Assembly: GCA_030614005.1 (NCBI GenBank) | Contig: JAUWKS010000027.1 | Span: forward strand, 11,140 to 43,139 | DNA length: 32,000 nt | Source of the DNA: Candidatus Heimdallarchaeota archaeon | GTDB lineage: Archaea > Asgardarchaeota > Heimdallarchaeia > JABLTI01 | Direction of reading: 5' to 3' | Shown here: piece by piece, positions 26,051 to 32,000 of the stretch | How the letters are laid out: each line of letters opens with the position of its first letter | Numbering within the stretch: position 1 is the first letter of the stretch | Position numbers and translations under genes: made by a program | Notes under the pieces: generated by a model | What the model saw: the letters and a program-made list of their open reading frames with translations, nothing else | Databases searched by the model: none | What the model was told of the DNA's origin: nothing

Positions 26051-26077
26051 GGTCTCATAATGAGACCGGTTTTTTTT
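26051..26077 (+). terminator. Hairpin plus T8
   Basis: GGTCTCA-TAA-TGAGACC (26051-26067), GG, then T8 (26070-26077). Confidence 0.5.
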
Positions 26078-26121
26078 GAACAAGGTCTCTCTTGTTACAA
26101 GCATGATTTTGGATTGATTAC

Positions 26122-26841
26122 TTAATTCTCGGCCATTTTCATAACCATAGATACTGCTGAAATAACATCTTTAGCTGGAATTCCTTCGCCTCTTTTATAG
26201 ATCAAAAGTGTGCCTTCGTTAGATATTTGAGCACTGATTTGACTACCTGTTGGAAGGTCAATAAAGCCTCTAAAGTAGCGAATGACTCCTTGTCTTCTGT
26301 AAATGGTCCATTCAGCGCTGTCTAGAATGTTACCATTTAATTGGATTTGGTTTAATGCTTGGTTTTCCAGCTCGGATATCTGTACTGTTTTTAGTAAAGC
26401 TGCATTCTTGCATAAATTAACCATAGCTGTATCATTTAGATTTACACCATCGAATTCTACTCCAAGGAGCTCCATTAATGGTGCTAAACCTTTCTTTGTA
26501 ACCCATGAAGTTCCTCGACATTCGAGGAATTTTTGTTTAGTATGAATAATATATTCACATTTTCCTTGGGAGTACACTACTTCTGTTGTAAGCTGATCAT
26601 CTTTCATCCGTTGAACTGTTATTGGTTGACCAATTGTATAATAGACACTTATCATATTGCTATCTGTATCTACGTCTGAAAATCCCTCATAATATTTTCT
26701 ATCTTTAAATACAACTGGGCGTTCTTTCAATTTTCTTACAATCGTTTGTGCGCTTCCTAAAGATCCACCATTTACATGATATAATCTCAAAGGTAGAACC
26801 AAACCACGTGGAATAATTAAACCATTTGTTTGGAGAGCCAT
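26122..26841 (-). CDS. Hypothetical protein, beta-rich, possibly RdgC/TBP-like fold
   Basis: 239-aa ORF, ATG start with GGTGA upstream. Alternating strands and the C-terminal ISAQISNEGTLLIY pattern are only suggestive. Confidence 0.7.
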   Translation of the reverse strand: MALQTNGLIIPRGLVLPLRLYHVNGGSLGSAQTIVRKLKERPVVFKDRKYYEGFSDVDTDSNMISVYYTIGQPITVQRMKDDQLTTEVVYSQGKCEYIIHTKQKFLECRGTSWVTKKGLAPLMELLGVEFDGVNLNDTAMVNLCKNAALLKTVQISELENQALNQIQLNGNILDSAEWTIYRRQGVIRYFRGFIDLPTGSQISAQISNEGTLLIYKRGEGIPAKDVISAVSMVMKMAEN

Positions 26842-26887
26842 TATTTCACCTTGCTTTAAATTCAGAGGGTCCCTAGCTGACCTCTGT

Positions 26888-26954
26888 TTCTATTGGAATC
26901 AAACTTATGTGGTTCTCCCTTTATAAACTTTACTTACCTCACCTTCCATTGGAA
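26888..26954 (-). promoter_or_regulatory. Putative promoter (BRE-like AAAG plus TTTATAAA) flanked by two TTCYA-T-TGGAA palindromes
   Basis: TTTATAAA at 26920-26927, TTCTATTGGAA at 26888-26898, TTCCATTGGAA at 26944-26954. Confidence 0.45.
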
Positions 26955-27077
26955 CCTCTTTCTGATATTAATAGTAGAAAAAGAGAAGGAGCAGTAAACT
27001 GGAGAATATGAGTTAAAAAGGTAAAAGGACAACCTTAAATCAATGAATGTACCAAACATATTAGTGAGGAATTTATA

Positions 27078-28244
27078 ATGGCTATCAAAAAACTCCAAGG
27101 GTTGAAAGTAGGACGATTAATAGTACTAATATTGTTAATTGGCATTCCTTTAGCATTTATCTTAATGGTTGTTGGATCGGAACTTGGTTGGTTCGGACCG
27201 ATATTAACTTGGGAAATGTTTACCTATATTGGAACTACAGACATCGCTTTCTTACCTGAAGGTTGGGCGAAATTTTTCGTTTGGTTTGGTGCTCCAGTAT
27301 TCTTTAGCATACCTTGGGTAACTTTTCTCTTCATCGATAAAGATCGAGTAGGAGAAACTTTTGACAATATGGGTAGAGCTCTAAGAAGAGTGAGCATTGG
27401 TTTAAATATATTCTATAGTATGAATACAATTTTCATATTTATCTTCTTCATTTTACCATTCGGCTCACCAGCAATAGCTGTCTTTGCAGCATTTGGTCTT
27501 GTTCCCTGGTTAGTTAAAAAGAAAACTGAGGTGAAAATGCCTTGGTGGATTGCAATAATTCCAGGATTAATATTAGCTGCAATACCAATTGTACTATCCA
27601 TTGGTTATTATGCTAACTATGCACAAGTATGGTCTGGAATTTGGAATACTTGGACTGGTGCTGGAGAAGGTGTCGGAGATACACTCTTAGAACAATTTGG
27701 TATGATTCATTATCTATACGGTTTTGGTTATTCTGTTGCTATTGGAGCAGTAGTAGCCGGTTTCTTTTCTTTCATATATGAAGGAGCATCCCAAGTGGAT
27801 CGACATAGTCAGAGACCAAAAGGTTTTCTCTATATCGTAGAATTTGCTGTTGGTGCTGGTATATTAGCACTTTATTTGGCATTGCCAATGAATGATACTC
27901 GAGATATTGTCTTCTACGTGATAAGTGGTATTGCAATTAGTGTAGGAGTACTAGAATTTCTATTACGTTGGTTTAAGAAAGTCAAACGAACAGATAGAAA
28001 CAATGTGCCAATCGGTGCATATGTTATGTTGCCTCTTTTCATTGGGGTCGATTTAATTCGAACAGGAAAAGTTGGTGCAATAAGAAATCATGCACTTACA
28101 GTAGCATTAGCATTAGTGTGTGTAATATATCTCATCTTATTCATTATGGCGTATTCATTTGCCGGAGACGCTTACCCATCTCGTTGGAGCAAATCTGGTG
28201 AAGATGACGACGACGACGATGATGACGATTCGGATGAAGAGTAG
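27078..28244 (+). CDS. Multi-pass membrane protein (~10 TM) with poly-Asp tail, unknown function
   Basis: 388-aa ORF with GAGGA upstream, about 10 hydrophobic segments, C-terminal EDDDDDDDDSDEE. Confidence 0.85.
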   Translation: MAIKKLQGLKVGRLIVLILLIGIPLAFILMVVGSELGWFGPILTWEMFTYIGTTDIAFLPEGWAKFFVWFGAPVFFSIPWVTFLFIDKDRVGETFDNMGRALRRVSIGLNIFYSMNTIFIFIFFILPFGSPAIAVFAAFGLVPWLVKKKTEVKMPWWIAIIPGLILAAIPIVLSIGYYANYAQVWSGIWNTWTGAGEGVGDTLLEQFGMIHYLYGFGYSVAIGAVVAGFFSFIYEGASQVDRHSQRPKGFLYIVEFAVGAGILALYLALPMNDTRDIVFYVISGIAISVGVLEFLLRWFKKVKRTDRNNVPIGAYVMLPLFIGVDLIRTGKVGAIRNHALTVALALVCVIYLILFIMAYSFAGDAYPSRWSKSGEDDDDDDDDDSDEE

Positions 28245-28345
28245 GTAATATACCTAACTCTTCGAACTTTTCTTTTTAACTATGGAAAAATAGTTATTTA
28301 GCTTGTATTGTTATTCTTTTCTAGTAGATTTCTTGAGGTTGTTAA

Positions 28346-29836
28346 GTGGAAAAGAATAGCTGGATTACTTTATACAAAAAGTCAATTGGCGAAGTTGCTT
28401 TAAATTTGCCCAATCTTAAAGGCATACTCGTTGGATTGAATGTCAATGTTGATGCAATTCTTTTTGTTACCCCTGAGTTAATTTCACAGTTAATAAAAAA
28501 GTTAGAAATTGATCCAAATGACCTTGTCCAAAGAATAAAAGAATGGAAAGGAATAATTGAAACACCAAGTGATTTTGTAACCGGTTTATGTGGTTGTTTT
28601 TCTAGAGGTAAAGCGAGTGAATGGATAATTCAAAATAAAAAAACATATGATTACCTATTACAAAATCTCCCCCTTGATACTAAATTACGGATGGGTGGAA
28701 ATGCAGGTATAATGTCTGAAACATTGGCTCAAATTGATATACCAAATGTTTATGTTCATGCAGTTTCCCTTTCGAAAGAACTACGAGAACTGTTCTCTGA
28801 TAAACAAAATGTCAAAATACCTGTCTTAGCAGCTACTAAACAAATAACATTTAAACACCCCAAGACGGCAGAATCGGAGAATGAAGATTTGTATTTACAT
28901 ATTATATCCGAATTTGATAAAGGGGATGAATTACAGCTTACTAATACTATCAATTGGAAATGCCCTCGAGATAATCGTTTCATTGCAACATTTGATCCTC
29001 CAAATTCTAAATTAGATTTAATCAAAGGATTCGAATATGGGATAGATGTTTTAGCCAGTAAATGTGATGGATTTATCATTTCTGGTTTTCATATGCTTGA
29101 ATTCAAGGATAATGGAATTGAGGGTATTCGCGAAAAAATAATTAATATTCTTGATTTATTGTCCCAAGCAAAAAAAGCAAATCCAAAACTCGTTTTACAA
29201 TTAGAGTTGTGTAGTACCAAAAATAAAGAAATTTTGAAACAATTGATTTTTCTTTCAAAAGAAAAGAATATTTGGGATAGCTTAAGTTGTAATGAAAGAG
29301 AGCTTGGTGAAATACTAGAAATAATAGGTTATAGAAAATTAGCAAAAGTAATAAAACAACATTGTAACCAAAGAGATGTTATTGATGGGTGCTTGGAAGT
29401 TTCAAAAAACTTGAAGCTAAAAAGACTTCATTTACATGAATTTGGTTGTTATATACTGCTTGCAGATAAGGAGCAGTTTGAAGCACCCGAAAATTTGACA
29501 CAAGCATTGCTTTTTTCAGCTCTACTAACAGCTTTCAGAGCAAGTACAGGTGAGAATTTAGCTCTAAAAAAGGTCAAAGAGAAATTGGATGATTTACTAT
29601 TTGATTTCAATATATCTAACCAATTTATCCAGATAGCTGAATATTTGGATGAAAGGTATTCAATAGATAAAATTGAATTTATGAAAAATGGTCGAATAAT
29701 AATTGATAATTATCATTTAGTAGCCATACCAACAATTCTTATTGATCAACCTCGAATTACAGTTGGATTAGGAGATACTGTATCATCAACAGCTTTAGCT
29801 GCTCAACTTGCACTGCAGAAAACTGATTTGGGATAA
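28346..29836 (+). CDS. ADP-dependent glucokinase/phosphofructokinase
   Basis: GLNVNVDA, RMGGNAGIM, DNRFIA, ISGFH, CNERE and TVGLGD (catalytic Asp). GTG start. Substrate specificity cannot be called by eye. Confidence 0.95.
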   Translation: MEKNSWITLYKKSIGEVALNLPNLKGILVGLNVNVDAILFVTPELISQLIKKLEIDPNDLVQRIKEWKGIIETPSDFVTGLCGCFSRGKASEWIIQNKKTYDYLLQNLPLDTKLRMGGNAGIMSETLAQIDIPNVYVHAVSLSKELRELFSDKQNVKIPVLAATKQITFKHPKTAESENEDLYLHIISEFDKGDELQLTNTINWKCPRDNRFIATFDPPNSKLDLIKGFEYGIDVLASKCDGFIISGFHMLEFKDNGIEGIREKIINILDLLSQAKKANPKLVLQLELCSTKNKEILKQLIFLSKEKNIWDSLSCNERELGEILEIIGYRKLAKVIKQHCNQRDVIDGCLEVSKNLKLKRLHLHEFGCYILLADKEQFEAPENLTQALLFSALLTAFRASTGENLALKKVKEKLDDLLFDFNISNQFIQIAEYLDERYSIDKIEFMKNGRIIIDNYHLVAIPTILIDQPRITVGLGDTVSSTALAAQLALQKTDLG

Positions 29837-30025
29837 AATTACATCTAATCGATCATTTGCCTACCATTTTATGGCATTTAACCGATTTTAAGCACAATTC
29901 TAAGAAACTACAATAGCTTTTTTAGTACAATTTATTCAAAAAAAGAAAACATAGTCCAGTAATGTTATGTCAATATTATTTACTCTTTTATTAGCTGAGA
30001 AGAGAAGATACATAGGTGTTAAATA

Positions 30026-30535
30026 ATGCAACATCATAGCCCAGAACAAGATATTAAAATTGTAGTTACAGGACCTTATAATGCAGGGAAATCTGAATTT
30101 GTACAACGTTTTGGTGATAAACCAATCAATGTAGCAGTAAATGGTACAACAGTCGGAATGGACTTTACTCATGAAATGATTGATGATTTTCATGTGCACA
30201 TTTTTGGCACACCAGGTCAAGACCACTTCAAAGATGTACAACAGTGTGTAGCGAAGGGCGCTGCAGGTATAATTATGGTCGTTGATAGTTCTGATCCAGC
30301 TACTTTTGGGCAAGTTGAAACACTCACAAAGAGAATAAAAGCCGTATGTGGTCGTGTTCCAATAATCATTTGTGCAAATAAGCAAGATAAAACTGGAGCA
30401 ATTGCTCCAGAAAAAATCAAGCAAATGATTGGGTTCAAAGGAAAAGTAATCGGAACGTCTGCAGTTAGTGGAGCCGGAACGAAAACATCTATTGTCGAGG
30501 TCTTAAAACAAATTCGTAAAGAAAAAGGGATGTAG
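30026..30535 (+). CDS. Small GTPase, MglA/CvnD-like (Arf/Rab-related prokaryotic clade)
   Basis: G1 GPYNAGKS, G2 TTVGMDF, G3 variant FGTPGQ, G4 NKQD, G5 SAV. Confidence 0.92.
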   Translation: MQHHSPEQDIKIVVTGPYNAGKSEFVQRFGDKPINVAVNGTTVGMDFTHEMIDDFHVHIFGTPGQDHFKDVQQCVAKGAAGIIMVVDSSDPATFGQVETLTKRIKAVCGRVPIIICANKQDKTGAIAPEKIKQMIGFKGKVIGTSAVSGAGTKTSIVEVLKQIRKEKGM

Positions 30536-30645
30536 CAAGTTTTTCAAAACATTTTACCATCCCAAATTTTTTTTCTTTCATAGACTAACTGATTTTTGAA
30601 AAAATAGAATAAAAAAGCAAATGAGTTCATCATCATTTACTTTAT

Positions 30646-31638
30646 CTAATAGTATAGCACTTTTTCAGGATCAATTTTAGCGTCATCGTGGACTTCCCAA
30701 ACAATTTTCTTTTGTCTTTTCTTGGACGACTCGAAGATTTTATCTTCTTCTTCTAATTGTTTCATATGGGCTTTCAGTGTTAAATCTTGTACTAGATATT
30801 TCCACGGCTTATACCATTCAATACCTAAACTGAGATTTACTTCTTCTCGTATTTCCTCAAATGTGCTTGCACCATTGGTTGTGAGAGTTACTAAAATCGT
30901 CTCTTCAAAATTATTATGTGTGCTGAGTGCTTGTTTTATTAATTCTTTAGCCTGCCCCCCAAGATAAGCACCATCGTAAGCTGGACAAAGCATATCAATA
31001 TTTGCTCGAGAGATAAATGCTAAAGCTTTCTCTCTTTCAGCGGCACTGCCAGTGAGATCAATCAAATAATTACTGAAGCTCATTGGGTAGATGTAGATTT
31101 CTGCACCAGCAAAAATTGCCTTTTGTTTTGAACTGAAAAACATTGAATGACCAGCACTAAATCCAGGATAACAGACAGTGAAGATTGTTGTTTCTCCTAA
31201 TTGGAATTTATCACTATCATCAAAAACAGCGTGTGGTTTTACTCCCTTTAACCTTTCCCAGGGTTCATAGGAAAATTTGCCACCTTTTTTATTTGGTTCA
31301 AAGTGTTTCTCAGGAAGATACAAATAGGGTTTTCTGATAGTATCCTCGGCGTCTTTATGACAAACTAATTCAGCTTTAGGAAACATTTGCTTTAATTTCA
31401 CAGCACCACCGATTGCATCATGGTGCTCTCGAGTAAGGAAAATATATTTCACATCTTTAGCTTTTCTTCCAGCATGATCAATACATTCACCAATTTCATG
31501 CTGAATCGTGTTGCGGATGCCTGTATCAATAATGGCTATTTTTTCATCCATTACTATGTAAACTGCATTTCTTTCCCCTCCAGGACCGTGCTCACCATAC
31601 ACATTCCAAATGCCATCATTAATTTCATTAAATGTCAT
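30646..31638 (-). CDS. Metallo-beta-lactamase-fold protein with degenerate metal ligands and C-terminal winged helix
   Basis: NAVYIV..KIAIIDTG, LTREHHDAIGG, YPGFSAGHS, IFAGAE, LCPAYDG, and a C-terminal helix-turn-helix with AHMKQLEEEDKI. Confidence 0.85.
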   Translation of the reverse strand: MTFNEINDGIWNVYGEHGPGGERNAVYIVMDEKIAIIDTGIRNTIQHEIGECIDHAGRKAKDVKYIFLTREHHDAIGGAVKLKQMFPKAELVCHKDAEDTIRKPYLYLPEKHFEPNKKGGKFSYEPWERLKGVKPHAVFDDSDKFQLGETTIFTVCYPGFSAGHSMFFSSKQKAIFAGAEIYIYPMSFSNYLIDLTGSAAEREKALAFISRANIDMLCPAYDGAYLGGQAKELIKQALSTHNNFEETILVTLTTNGASTFEEIREEVNLSLGIEWYKPWKYLVQDLTLKAHMKQLEEEDKIFESSKKRQKKIVWEVHDDAKIDPEKVLYY

Positions 31639-32000
31639 TACTAATTACAACACCTATGATTAATTATTCTTTTAGAAACTATTTGTTCTTGAAATAATTG
31701 GAATCTTCTCAAATACACACAAAAGATGACATAAATGTTTCACACATAGCGAAATATTTGCTCTTCTTTTGTATGATTAGTTTCTAGATATAATTATAAT
31801 ACATTACATAGTATTTATTCCTTTTCAAAAGAAAAATTCTCCACCTACACCAAAATCTAATTTTAAACAAAAGGATCGATGTAATAGAGGGATTTTCTTT
31901 ATACGGTATACTGCACAGTATAACAAAAAACGTTTTTATATTTTCTATCCTACTAAAAATTCATGGTATTAATTGAACTCAATCAAAAATGATTGATTTA

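Noticed and set aside
25798-26058. 87-aa N-terminal extension of Hjc in the ORF track
   Set aside because: Hjc homology starts at MGVSLSSSG, a TATA-like box lies about 25 nt before ATG 25797, and the extension runs through the hairpin element and has no recognisable domain.
25953-26100. SECIS element, canonical H/ACA guide, or c-di-GMP/cobalamin riboswitch
   Set aside because: No neighbouring ORF has an in-frame TGA. The only nearby ACA is about 29 nt from the pocket and there is no K-turn. Riboswitch resemblances are limited to a few bases.
26842-27077. Replication origin
   Set aside because: Only two ORB-like cores, no G-string, no orc1/cdc6 gene nearby and no clear unwinding element. Kept only as a possible operator.
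8415-31644. Remaining short ORFs overlapping called genes on the opposite strand or in other frames (e.g. 8415-8699, 10688-11312, 19056-19479, 22306-22862, 24566-24865, 25571-25933, 29936-30438, 30722-31644)
   Set aside because: They lie almost wholly within well-supported genes and show no motifs of their own.
1-32000. Prophage, transposon, defence island or CRISPR array
   Set aside because: No integrase, transposase, capsid, Cas or restriction-modification motifs, and no regularly spaced repeats. The only nuclease is the housekeeping Hjc.

Overview
AT-rich archaeal chromosomal window with about 28 protein-coding genes. I found no rRNA, tRNA, CRISPR array or transposase. Archaeal housekeeping genes are aIF5A, DnaG, Hjc, ADP-dependent sugar kinase, a SufS-type desulfurase, a RimI-like GNAT and an M20 peptidase. 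They sit among eukaryote-signature-type domains (a longin domain, tandem PCI-like winged helices, a small GTPase, two alpha-solenoids), so an Asgard archaeon, possibly Heimdallarchaeia, is the best inference. Main oddities: (1) a 12-repeat HEAT protein ending in EEYYYY, a Blm10/PA200-like HbYX tail, 0.8 kb from a membrane-anchored tandem-PCI/Zn-ribbon protein; (2) a longin domain fused to a 4-TM domain; (3) dnaG split by a frameshift that most plausibly lies in an (AG)4 run inside an RS/RD-rich linker; (4) a Lon-type AAA+ with no protease domain and no TM segment; (5) two apparent pseudo-enzymes (MBL fold, gluzincin-like) and an orphan NuoC-like subunit; (6) an MFS gene broken by one in-frame TAA; (7) a GC-rich nested hairpin upstream of hjc that may be an ncRNA. 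Family calls come from motif recognition by eye; no database search was run.
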